NCBI GenBank assembly: GCA_902541245.1
Contig: CACBPT010000001.1
Location: forward strand, 131,993 to 195,992
DNA from: an uncultured SAR86 cluster bacterium
GTDB lineage: Bacteria; Pseudomonadota; Gammaproteobacteria; Magnimaribacterales; D2472
DNA: 64,000 nt
Direction: 5' to 3'
Below are positions 50,895 through 59,373 of this stretch, piece after piece (position 1 is the stretch's first letter; each line of letters opens with the position of its first letter). Below the pieces are notes generated by a model. The model worked only from the letters and a program-made list of their open reading frames with translations, had not been told where the DNA came from and searched no databases. The position numbers and the translations under genes were made by a program.

Positions 50895-51179
50895 TTAAAA
50901 AATGACTATTCCCGAGCTAATAAGCAAAAAAAGAAACAACATCACATAAATTAGCTCATGGGTATAAGCAAACAACATCAAGGGTATTAATGACGGTAAA
51001 ATGCCTCCTAAAGCGTAATCATTTAGCTTACTGGCAGTTTCAGATGTGAACTCAATAAATTCATTTGAGTGTTTGGTAATAGACTCAATGGCTGCATCTG
51101 CTGCAAAGATAGCCGAGGGAACTATCACAGCAGTTGATGCAACAATCCCAGTGCTTTGAATAAAATATCTTCTTTTCAT
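50895..51179 (-). CDS. hypothetical membrane protein (Tat-like signal, C-terminal TM segments)
   Basis: MKRRYFIQSTGIVASTAVIV twin-Arg-like leader. Hydrophobic C-terminus. Last gene of a 4-gene operon. Confidence 0.35.
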   Translation of the reverse strand: MKRRYFIQSTGIVASTAVIVPSAIFAADAAIESITKHSNEFIEFTSETASKLNDYALGGILPSLIPLMLFAYTHELIYVMLFLFLLISSGIVIF

Positions 51180-51182
51180 AAT

Positions 51183-51563
51183 TTAATGATACCCCATTGG
51201 ATTATATTTCTTATTTTTTAAATCTAATAACTGCGCAAAAGCTCGAAACCACTCCTCTAATAATTCTTTTTCTTCATTAAGATGGTTGAGAGTATGTTTA
51301 ACGCGTTTTTTTAAATGCTTCCATTGCTTTTCAATTCGATAAACATCAAGATTTACCAGCCCATTTTCATCTAGTAGATTAAGATCAGGTTCTTGATTCA
51401 TTTCTACTAAATTACGATGCATGCGATAAAGCCTTCTTTGAATTCTTTTATATGTCTTTAGTTGTAATTTATATTCTTCGATTAAATCTTGTGGCATATA
51501 AGATGCAAATAGATCCAGTTGACCTTGTTGATTTTTTTTAAATTCCAGTTTGTATATTTGCAT
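51183..51563 (-). CDS. hypothetical coiled-coil protein
   Basis: 126 aa, charged and helical. 3-nt gaps to both neighbours. Confidence 0.4.
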   Translation of the reverse strand: MQIYKLEFKKNQQGQLDLFASYMPQDLIEEYKLQLKTYKRIQRRLYRMHRNLVEMNQEPDLNLLDENGLVNLDVYRIEKQWKHLKKRVKHTLNHLNEEKELLEEWFRAFAQLLDLKNKKYNPMGYH

Positions 51564-51565
51564 AA

Positions 51566-52045
51566 CTATTTATGGCCTTGCTTGGGATGATTGATATAAC
51601 CAAGAGCATGATCCCAATGCATATATGCCTTTGAAGGAATTGATGCATTAGAATTTATCAGAGATAAAACATCTTGATAAAAGGATTCTGCTTCATCTCT
51701 AGAAACAAATAACAAAAGAGATTTGATAATTCTAGTAATGCGTAATTGATTATGATTATGATATCGCTGCCAATGATCATTGCGTGAAAGGAAACCTAAA
51801 AAAAAATTCTTAGACAATATAAAATTATTCGTAATTATTGGATCAATACGTATCCGTTCAATCAATGTAGAATCTTCTACATAAAATTTGTTTAAGCTCA
51901 TGGTACTTGGTTCATTTAATGGAAATATCCGTTGAATAAAGTCATGAGTTCTCTCAATTTCAGTATCTGAGAAATCCCATATTTGATGGATTAATCTCCC
52001 TTTGTCGTCAGGCTCTAAACCCTTTAAAAAATTATAAATGTTCAT
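51566..52045 (-). CDS. opioid-growth-factor-receptor N-terminal (OGFr_N)-like domain protein
   Basis: FLKGLEPDDKGRLIHQIWDFSDTEIERTHDFIQRIFPLNEPS resembles the bacterial OGFr conserved-region pattern (G.pD..GR....i...sD..LE..HdyIQW.FPL.e.S) as I recall it. Confidence 0.5.
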   Translation of the reverse strand: MNIYNFLKGLEPDDKGRLIHQIWDFSDTEIERTHDFIQRIFPLNEPSTMSLNKFYVEDSTLIERIRIDPIITNNFILSKNFFLGFLSRNDHWQRYHNHNQLRITRIIKSLLLFVSRDEAESFYQDVLSLINSNASIPSKAYMHWDHALGYINHPKQGHK

Positions 52046-53049
52046 CAGGATGCAAGCTTTTTTGGAAGATTTTTAAGGTAATTATATGAATTGGATTCAA
52101 ATATTTTTGAAAATTCTTTTGAAGGAAAAAATAATTCATGATTATCAATTTTTTGGTTAGATAAAATTAAATTTGAACGAAACATATTTAAAGCCGATTC
52201 ATTTCGCATGGCAACAAAGTCAGGAATTGTTTGATAAATTAAGTCCGTAGTTTTTGCAAGATCATGAAGCTTATCTCCAGAGGTATTTTCATCAACTGAA
52301 AACGAAATAACTAGAAATAGCTGCTTAATCAAAACATTTTCTTGATAACAAGTGCAAACATAAGTTTTTTTTAATTCTTGATAATCCTTAAAAGAAAGAT
52401 AGTCTTCATTTCTAGATTCTAAGTTGATTGTTAAAGCATCATAGTCATTTTTTAAATATGCTCCCTGATCAATTGATTGATACGCTCTTTCAAGAAAATC
52501 TAGAGCTAACTCAGTAAATTCCATGCTAAGTTGGGTATTTGCATGATAAATACTCTCTCCAGGAATAAAGCAATCTACGAATGCTTTATGGGATTGTTTT
52601 GCTGACTCATACATCAAAAATTCATAGTGATCTACCGGTAAAAAAGCCATGTAAGAATTGTAAAAATTAATTGAGGTCGCCATTAAATCTAATGAGTCCT
52701 TTTCAATGAAACTAGATTCTTCTTCGGCTTTAAAGCCTTTATTAAACTCCTCTAAGGTCAAATCATAGAACCAATTTACGTAATCAAAAAGTAATTGGAA
52801 CTGTTCTCGAAAATAAATGTTGCATGATAGATAATGATCTTTGCTTTTTGATATCAGTTTTTGAATTTCGTGAAATCGTTTTTCTACTTGGGAAAATTTT
52901 GATGCCTTGACAGAAATATCTGTGTACATTATGAAGTACTCAAGATCAGATAAAAGAAATGACGAGTACTCTAGATACATTTTTGAAACTAAGAAATTGT
53001 TTAGAGCTGTTTGATCTTTTGTATTCAATATATTTCTCTTGACCGGCAA
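52045..53049 (-). CDS. hypothetical protein (first gene of the OGFr-like operon)
   Basis: 334 aa, TTG start in the track (an internal ATG at codon 24 is an alternative). Overlaps the next gene by 1 nt. No motif recognised. Confidence 0.45.
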   Translation of the reverse strand: MPVKRNILNTKDQTALNNFLVSKMYLEYSSFLLSDLEYFIMYTDISVKASKFSQVEKRFHEIQKLISKSKDHYLSCNIYFREQFQLLFDYVNWFYDLTLEEFNKGFKAEEESSFIEKDSLDLMATSINFYNSYMAFLPVDHYEFLMYESAKQSHKAFVDCFIPGESIYHANTQLSMEFTELALDFLERAYQSIDQGAYLKNDYDALTINLESRNEDYLSFKDYQELKKTYVCTCYQENVLIKQLFLVISFSVDENTSGDKLHDLAKTTDLIYQTIPDFVAMRNESALNMFRSNLILSNQKIDNHELFFPSKEFSKIFESNSYNYLKNLPKKLAS

Positions 53050-53246
53050 AATAGTATATATTTATACAGTATTAATTTAAACCCCTAAAATATAAAAAAA
53101 CAGTTAAATATTAATAAATGGTAATCAAAGATAAGCTAAAAAACCTTAAAGTCACAGAGTTTGCTAAGCTCATCTCACCCTCTTCTTGTGAACTGAATAT
53201 GCGTGTTAAGATTTATTTCTAAAACAATATTAAAGTTGTAATTAAA

Positions 53247-54302
53247 TTGGAATTAGTCATAGCAAAATTATTGAAGAAAAGTGAGGGGCCGGGTAATCGG
53301 TTTTTCCCTAACTCTGTTTGGAATAATCCTGGTAAGCAATTTGGGGCTGCATTTACCAGCAAAGGAACTACTGATGAATTGGATAATTTTTTTGAACTGG
53401 ACTTCAACGCAGAACCAAACCACATAAAAGAGTATAGATCTCAAACTTATCTAAATTTTGAATTTGATACATCATATATAGGAAAATTAAATTGGACTAA
53501 AACAAAGACACCTGATCCGCACATTCATTTCAAAGGCTATTGGGATAACATAAAATTACAAGAGAGCTTTTACCCAGAAAAAACTATTTTAATTGTAAGA
53601 AAAATTAACTCTGAGCATTTTGATACGTATTTTATAAGCGAAAATGATCCATTTTTTAATATTATTTTAGAAAAAATAAAAATAAAAAACTCTCATAGAC
53701 CTAAGTCTCAAAGAGACTCTGGTTTTGTTTTTCTTAATATCGATTTCTCAAAGTTTGAAATATCTCAAACAGATGAGCATCAAAATAATTCATCTGAATC
53801 ATCTCCCGAAGATAAGCAGCTCGGTAGATCAAACGATCCTAAAAGGAGAAAAGCTATAGAGCTGTATGCCGAGAAGTTTATTAAACAATATTTAAAAGAT
53901 AAGGGTTTTAAATTTGTAAGAAAATATGGTGCGCCATATGATTTAAAGTTTTTAAAGGATGATCAAGATATAAGAGTTGAAGTTAAAGGTTCTACTTTAC
54001 CCAATCTATCTATTGTTAATGTTACTGAAAATGAAATATTGCATTCAACTAATTCTTTAAATGAACCGCAGCATGCAAAGCATAATAAAAACACTGAAGT
54101 ATATATAGCTTTAGTGGAAAATATTAAAATCGATAAAAAGTATGTTGCGAGTGGAGGAGATCTAGTTCATTTTGATTTCTTCAAAACAAAAAATACCTCA
54201 TCGTGGAGAGACTATTCAGAAAAATACTTTTCTGATTCTGAAATTAAATTAGCTAATAATTGTAAATTTAAATTATTTTTAAATAGAAATATCGTAGTTT
54301 GA
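53247..54302 (+). CDS. putative restriction endonuclease: unknown N-domain + DUF3883/Mrr-like PD-(D/E)xK C-domain
   Basis: C-terminal AIELYAEKFIKQYLKDKGF...APYDLKFLKDDQDIRVEVKGST...VNVTENEILHS fits the D-x(n)-E-x-K nuclease core and the DUF3883 pattern. Overlaps the first methyltransferase gene by 4 nt. TTG start. Confidence 0.5.
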   Translation: MELVIAKLLKKSEGPGNRFFPNSVWNNPGKQFGAAFTSKGTTDELDNFFELDFNAEPNHIKEYRSQTYLNFEFDTSYIGKLNWTKTKTPDPHIHFKGYWDNIKLQESFYPEKTILIVRKINSEHFDTYFISENDPFFNIILEKIKIKNSHRPKSQRDSGFVFLNIDFSKFEISQTDEHQNNSSESSPEDKQLGRSNDPKRRKAIELYAEKFIKQYLKDKGFKFVRKYGAPYDLKFLKDDQDIRVEVKGSTLPNLSIVNVTENEILHSTNSLNEPQHAKHNKNTEVYIALVENIKIDKKYVASGGDLVHFDFFKTKNTSSWRDYSEKYFSDSEIKLANNCKFKLFLNRNIVV

Positions 54303-55420
54303 TGAAATCAATCGACTTGTTTGCAGGCTGTGGCGGATTATCTTTGGGCATGAAGCAAGCTGGAATAGAAATTGCTTTTGCATCAGACTTTAAAGATTAC
54401 GCTGCTGAAACCTACCAAAATTTTTTTAAGGAGGATTTTATTGTCGAAGACATTCTTTCCCTTGAAGAAAAAAATTGGCCTCAATTTAAATCCTTTAGAA
54501 ATAAAATAAATATTATTGCCGGCGGACCACCCTGCCAAGGTTTTAGCACTGCTAATCGCCAAAGAGTGAAGGATGATCCGCGGAATAAACTGTATAAATC
54601 TTTTATTGGTTGCATAGATTTCATACAGCCAAACCTAGTACTTATGGAGAATGTAAGAGGTATAAATAAAATTGGAAGCAATATTCTTAACGAATTCTAT
54701 GAAATTGGATATAAAGGTGAGTTCTTCCAATTAAATGCAAAAGATTTCGGCATTCCCCAAAACAGAGAAAGAGTTTTTTTCTTATTTTTTAATCAAAAAA
54801 AATTTGATCAAATTGATAAAAGACTTATTCAATTTAATAATTTTCTAGACGAAAAAAAAGCTTATTCTGCCCCTAGATACTTAAAAGATGCATTATATGG
54901 CTTACCATGCCTTGAGGCTAAAACAAGAAAAAATGCAACAGCCTATGAAAGCAAAGAAAATGGGTTTAATGAAATAGACCTAAAGGATTCAAATGAATAT
55001 CTAGAATTAATAAATGGCTTCAAAAAAGGAAAAGTATTCAATCATATGGCTCGATACAATAATGATAGAGATATAGAGATTTTTAGACTGTTGCCTCAGG
55101 GAGAAAACTCATTACATCACTCTATAAGGCATTTGATGCCTTATAAAACTAGAGATCATATTTTTAAAGATAAATATTTTAAACTAGATGAAAATAAAGC
55201 TTGTAAGACAATAACTGCACACATGTCATTTGATTGCAACATGTATATTCATCCAACACAGGCTAGAGGCTTAACACCTAGGGAAGCTGCAAGAGTTCAG
55301 TCATTTCCGGATAATTTTGAATTTATGGGTTCTTATACAAAATGGTATGAACAAATTGGAAATGCTGTCCCTCCTCTATTAGCAAAAAATATTGGTGAAT
55401 CTATATTGAAGGTTATATGA
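54299..55420 (+). CDS. DNA (cytosine-5)-methyltransferase
   Basis: All canonical C5-MTase motifs: I DLFAGCGGLSLG, IV GGPPCQGFS, VI ENVRG, VIII QNRERVFF, IX RGLTPREAARVQSFPD, X GNAVPP. Confidence 0.92.
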   Translation: MMKSIDLFAGCGGLSLGMKQAGIEIAFASDFKDYAAETYQNFFKEDFIVEDILSLEEKNWPQFKSFRNKINIIAGGPPCQGFSTANRQRVKDDPRNKLYKSFIGCIDFIQPNLVLMENVRGINKIGSNILNEFYEIGYKGEFFQLNAKDFGIPQNRERVFFLFFNQKKFDQIDKRLIQFNNFLDEKKAYSAPRYLKDALYGLPCLEAKTRKNATAYESKENGFNEIDLKDSNEYLELINGFKKGKVFNHMARYNNDRDIEIFRLLPQGENSLHHSIRHLMPYKTRDHIFKDKYFKLDENKACKTITAHMSFDCNMYIHPTQARGLTPREAARVQSFPDNFEFMGSYTKWYEQIGNAVPPLLAKNIGESILKVI

Positions 55421-56430
55421 AAGGTTTCGATTTATTTTCCGGTATTGGTGGCTTTCATGAGGGTGCAAAGAATCTTTTAAAAGATAATTTTCAAGCAATC
55501 GCATTTTGTGATTTCGATGAAAAATCAAGAATAGCTTATCGCTCAGCATATAAAGATCCGGAAATTATAGAGTTTGATGATGTTAACAATATTACTGGTG
55601 AGTTGAGTTCTACAATTTTGTCATCAAAAAAGAAATCCGATATCAATAATATACTTCCTAATTTTGATATTTTGTTTGGAGGATTTCCCTGTCAACCATT
55701 TAGCTCAATGGGAAAAGGTAAAGGTTTTGGGGATGATCGTGGAGTACTTTTTTTTAACATAGAAATGATTTTGAAGGCAAAAAAACCTAAATATTTTATT
55801 CTTGAAAACGTAAGAGGCTTGATGAACATCCAAAACGGTGAAGTGATGAGCTACATAATGAAATCACTTGAACGAATGGGTTACCAGTCAACTTACTGGT
55901 TATTAAATGCAGCAGATTATGGGGTGCCTCAAACACGAAGAAGAGTATTTATAGTGGGTGAATTAGATGGCAATAATATAAACATTAATCCAAATACACC
56001 TCCACCTAAAATTCCCATACATAGAAGAAGGATTAAAAGCGTTAAAGAATTGTTATCAATGGATGTTGATAGTAAATATTATTTAAGTGAAAAAATAAAA
56101 AAAACTATCCTTTCAGATGGTACAGGCGGATATAAATACAAATCTCAAATCAATATGGATCCTGCTCGACCACTGACATATACCATGCATAAAATGCACA
56201 GAGCATCTCAAGATAATTATTACAGCGATGAATATATAAAGGATGGATCAAAAAATAGAATCAGAAGAATTACTCCCTATGAAGCATTACTGATACAAGG
56301 ATTCAAAAAGAATACTTCGAAGCGAATTGTAAATACTGGTTTATCTGACACTCAGTTATACAAACTGGCAGGTAATGCCGTATCCCCCGCTGTCGTTAAA
56401 GAAGTTATGCGGCATTTATTGAATTTTTAA
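55417..56430 (+). CDS. DNA (cytosine-5)-methyltransferase (second copy, divergent sequence)
   Basis: I DLFSGIGGFHEG, IV GGFPCQPFS, VI ENVRGL, VIII QTRRRVFIVG, IX RRITPYEALLIQGF, X GNAVSP. Overlaps the upstream MTase by 4 nt. Confidence 0.92.
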   Translation: MKGFDLFSGIGGFHEGAKNLLKDNFQAIAFCDFDEKSRIAYRSAYKDPEIIEFDDVNNITGELSSTILSSKKKSDINNILPNFDILFGGFPCQPFSSMGKGKGFGDDRGVLFFNIEMILKAKKPKYFILENVRGLMNIQNGEVMSYIMKSLERMGYQSTYWLLNAADYGVPQTRRRVFIVGELDGNNININPNTPPPKIPIHRRRIKSVKELLSMDVDSKYYLSEKIKKTILSDGTGGYKYKSQINMDPARPLTYTMHKMHRASQDNYYSDEYIKDGSKNRIRRITPYEALLIQGFKKNTSKRIVNTGLSDTQLYKLAGNAVSPAVVKEVMRHLLNF

Positions 56431-56434
56431 CCAC

Positions 56435-56647
56435 CTATTTTGCAATAATAGATTGCAAAATATTTAAATGCTCATTGGAGCTACACACTTCGATTAAAGC
56501 CTTTCCCAAAGGCTCTTCTATTAATTTTTTCTTCTGTTGCATGACATTTTTACACCATAATTGAAGTTCGGATGGCGAAGAATTGTAATAATTAAAAAAT
56601 GTAAAAAGGTGTAAAAGGATCGAGAAGCTTATAATAAATATTTTCAT
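56435..56647 (-). CDS. hypothetical small secreted protein
   Basis: 70 aa with a hydrophobic leader. 11 nt downstream of the preceding gene in the same operon. Confidence 0.3.
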   Translation of the reverse strand: MKIFIISFSILLHLFTFFNYYNSSPSELQLWCKNVMQQKKKLIEEPLGKALIEVCSSNEHLNILQSIIAK

Positions 56648-56658
56648 TTTTGAAAAAA

Positions 56659-57345
56659 TTAAATCTTTGCTTGATTATTTGATTCTCTAAGCATGTGACC
56701 TGACTTACAGATTTGCTGAGCTTGATAAGTAGAATCTTTTAAACCTTCTAGTACATAAGTTTGATTCTTCATTCCTGCAGTTGGTTGAAACTTAACATCG
56801 ACTATTGAGGCACTAAAAAAAGATGGGAAGTCTTTGAGTGCAAACCAACCAATCTTCTTGCCATCCGATACATCCATAACAAACTCAAGGTTAAGCTTAG
56901 CTCTCTTTGGCTTCTTTTTATCGACCATCATCTTGGCATAGACGTTGGCACCTTGATTCATTTCTGCAGGAATCTCTGCCATCAGGTATGGGTAGTTGGG
57001 TATGCAGTGAGGTCGTTCAATGTGAAAGCCCAATTGAGTGCCATCGTTTATGTCTTCTGCTTTTTTGGCTACAGTGAGTTCGTTCTCACTCAAATCATCA
57101 ATGTGAAAGTTGTCCAAGGTTCTGATGCTGACTTCACCATATGACAAGCTACTCAACAACATCAAAAATACAACTGACTTACCTTTAAACGAACTGCTTT
57201 GACCGGAAAAGGGTCCTAAACGCATGAGATGGATTTTTTGGAGTTTAATTTCATCCACTGGTTTAGGTTTTCTAAGCTTCCTTACCAACAAATAAATTGT
57301 TAGCGCAAATAGCCATATTATTGATGCTGCGAGTATCTCTATCAT
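56659..57345 (-). CDS. hypothetical membrane-anchored/periplasmic protein
   Basis: N-terminal TM (ILAASIIWLFALTIYLLV). Strong RBS (AGGAGGGA) upstream. No family recognised. Confidence 0.4.
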   Translation of the reverse strand: MIEILAASIIWLFALTIYLLVRKLRKPKPVDEIKLQKIHLMRLGPFSGQSSSFKGKSVVFLMLLSSLSYGEVSIRTLDNFHIDDLSENELTVAKKAEDINDGTQLGFHIERPHCIPNYPYLMAEIPAEMNQGANVYAKMMVDKKKPKRAKLNLEFVMDVSDGKKIGWFALKDFPSFFSASIVDVKFQPTAGMKNQTYVLEGLKDSTYQAQQICKSGHMLRESNNQAKI

Positions 57346-57416
57346 TAATCCCTCCTTAGGATAGTTATTAAGTGGTCTTAATACTTAAACGGAGGAAGTA
57401 GAAAGTTGTTACAGAA

Positions 57417-58040
57417 TTAGTTTAAAAAACTCTCAACCATCTTCTGAGCAGCGATGGGGTCTGTCATTTGCACTATAGCTTTGTCAGGTTTTACCAAGTC
57501 CATGTCAGCTCTGATTGAAGATATATCAGCTTCAATGAAAGCATCGGCATTAGCTGCAAACATTCCATACATGACCTGATAGATTGTGGCATCCATTTCT
57601 TCTGTCATACCAGAAGCCAAGGACCAAACAGTATCCACCTCATAGCTTTTAATGGTTTGAGGCATTGGCAATTTAGGTGAGATGTTTAACTGCACAGCAG
57701 ACATGGCAGGTGCTTCAGTAACTGGACTCATGAAAGGACCGAAGGTTATTAGTGCAGCAATGGCTGCCATCATGAATCCTGATGCAGGAACCCATCGAGT
57801 CCAGAAGATATCTTTAGGCTCCAGTGTTTCATCAATGAACTTATGTAGCTTCTTATTAGTCTTGTACATCTCTTTGGATTGAAAGAAACCCTCAAGACGT
57901 TTGTTAGCAAAGAGCAAAGACTCATAAAACTCTTTGGCTGCATCGGATGAGTCAACAATGCTTCTGACTTCAGCTGAATTGGAATAATTCATACCATCAT
58001 CTATGTATCCTGCCAATTGAAATTTGAGTCTCTTGTTCAT
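57417..58040 (-). CDS. putative anti-sigma factor with FimV-type LysM-like periplasmic domain
   Basis: Overlaps the sigma gene by 4 nt. N-terminal LAGYIDDGM resembles the anti-sigma L.aYlDgeL region. One central TM (FMMAAIAALITFGPF). C-terminal DTVWSLASGM...IYQVMYGMFAANADAFIEADISSIRADMDLVKP resembles the FimV/HubP LysM-like motif. Confidence 0.5.
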   Translation of the reverse strand: MNKRLKFQLAGYIDDGMNYSNSAEVRSIVDSSDAAKEFYESLLFANKRLEGFFQSKEMYKTNKKLHKFIDETLEPKDIFWTRWVPASGFMMAAIAALITFGPFMSPVTEAPAMSAVQLNISPKLPMPQTIKSYEVDTVWSLASGMTEEMDATIYQVMYGMFAANADAFIEADISSIRADMDLVKPDKAIVQMTDPIAAQKMVESFLN

Positions 58041-58597
58041 CTCTTCTCCCTACCCAAACAATCTGCAAGCAAAGCTCTAGCTCTCTTAGCTCTTATTCTT
58101 AAATTTCCCATAGAGATATTACCAATGAACTTTTGAATAACATCATAGTCATGCCCTGCTCCTTTCATAGCTAAGATGGTTCTATCGGTTTCATCCAGCT
58201 TGCTCATGCAACACATAAGTTCTTTATGCTCATAAGATTCAAATTTATTCTCATTAATCACCGGTTCAAGATTCAACTCATCAAAAGAATCAATCTTGGA
58301 ATCTTTTCTACATTTATCTATGAAGGCATTTCTTAAGATTTTTTTAGCATAAGCAAGGGGATATTCAGCAGCAAGAAACTTTTCTTTATTCTCTATAAGT
58401 TTAAGTATAGTTAACTGACATAAGTCCTCTGCATCATGATGATTGCCTGTAAGACTTGACGCATAAGGTAGTAACTTTGGACTAACAATATGTAATGCCT
58501 CCTTGAGCGATGGTGGATTAAGTTTTGGCGATGAAGCAACTTCCTCAACACGGCTTAGTGTAGATGAAAATATATTGAGTGAATTGGTCGCTTCCAT
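58037..58597 (-). CDS. ECF-type RNA polymerase sigma-70 family factor
   Basis: Region 2 (AEDLCQLTILKLIENKEKF...AYAKKILRNAFIDKCRK) and region 4 (LDETDRTILAM...GNLRIRAKRARALLADCL). Confidence 0.75.
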   Translation of the reverse strand: MEATNSLNIFSSTLSRVEEVASSPKLNPPSLKEALHIVSPKLLPYASSLTGNHHDAEDLCQLTILKLIENKEKFLAAEYPLAYAKKILRNAFIDKCRKDSKIDSFDELNLEPVINENKFESYEHKELMCCMSKLDETDRTILAMKGAGHDYDVIQKFIGNISMGNLRIRAKRARALLADCLGREKR

Positions 58598-58695
58598 GTA
58601 TTTAATTAATACTACCTAATTCAAATTATAAAGAAATAGTAAAAATATAAATAAAAAGCATTTATTTTGTAACAGATTGATTCAAGAATCGTTAT

Positions 58696-59373
58696 TTAAA
58701 ATAGATCTGGCTGCTTAAAGCTTATTAGCTTTTCTGATGGAAAAGCTTCTTTAAATTTTTTTGGAGATTTGATGTGTTCAAGTTGGATTCCTCTTAGCGA
58801 GGCTGATATATACAATGCTGCTGAATAAGCTTGGCAGTTATAAGATTTCTTTGGATTAAATTCAATATCTGTAAAGGCATTAAATTCAAGCAGCTCTTCA
58901 GCTAACTTAGGGTTTTGATTTAAGCCCGTTAAATATAGCCAATCATAAAAAAAATCATTTAAACCCCAATCAACTCCCTGGAAATTAAAACCAATTAATT
59001 CGCCACTTGTCTTAATCCGTTCATCTTTTTTTGCAGAAAGAGCAGAAACTTCATATAAATCAATAAATGGACCACCATATTTAAATACTTTGCTACCTTG
59101 GTAAAAACTCTCAACGGAAGCTACAGGAAAATTTTTTGGCTTTAATCGTAGGTTAAATGCACTTGCTTTAACACCAATGGGATTCTTTGATTTAGTTGAA
59201 ATTTCCAGAATTTTTTTAATAAGATCATTCTTCATCGCTTCCTCGTGAAGAGATTGAATAGATCTCTGCTTTTGCTCTTTACTAAAGCCAGGAAACCAAG
59301 TGAAATTTACATCGATAGAATGCACAAAAGTATCTTTATGGATGCTTGGAATAAATATTGGTCTAACTGACAT
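58696..59373 (-). CDS. unknown protein, candidate DarT-cognate antitoxin (possibly very divergent NADAR-like; not a macrodomain)
   Basis: ATG lies 11 nt inside the 3' end of the DarT-like gene. SAFNL...VASVESFYQGSKVF is reminiscent of the YbiA/NADAR core FSNF...WPTSEHYFQAQKF with similar spacing. No macrodomain motifs. Functional call is weak; the CDS itself is solid. Confidence 0.4.
   Translation of the reverse strand: MSVRPIFIPSIHKDTFVHSIDVNFTWFPGFSKEQKQRSIQSLHEEAMKNDLIKKILEISTKSKNPIGVKASAFNLRLKPKNFPVASVESFYQGSKVFKYGGPFIDLYEVSALSAKKDERIKTSGELIGFNFQGVDWGLNDFFYDWLYLTGLNQNPKLAEELLEFNAFTDIEFNPKKSYNCQAYSAALYISASLRGIQLEHIKSPKKFKEAFPSEKLISFKQPDLF

Noticed and set aside
57346-57416. Anti-SD/SD pairing (CCTCC ... 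GGAGG) upstream of the 228-aa membrane-protein gene as a translational switch
   Set aside because: It has only 5 bp of complementarity separated by about 40 nt and no supporting conservation data. Too speculative.
58696-59373. DarG-type macrodomain antitoxin
   Set aside because: There is no macrodomain Gly-rich or N-x6-GG-type motif anywhere in the 225 aa. I kept only the weaker NADAR-like hypothesis.
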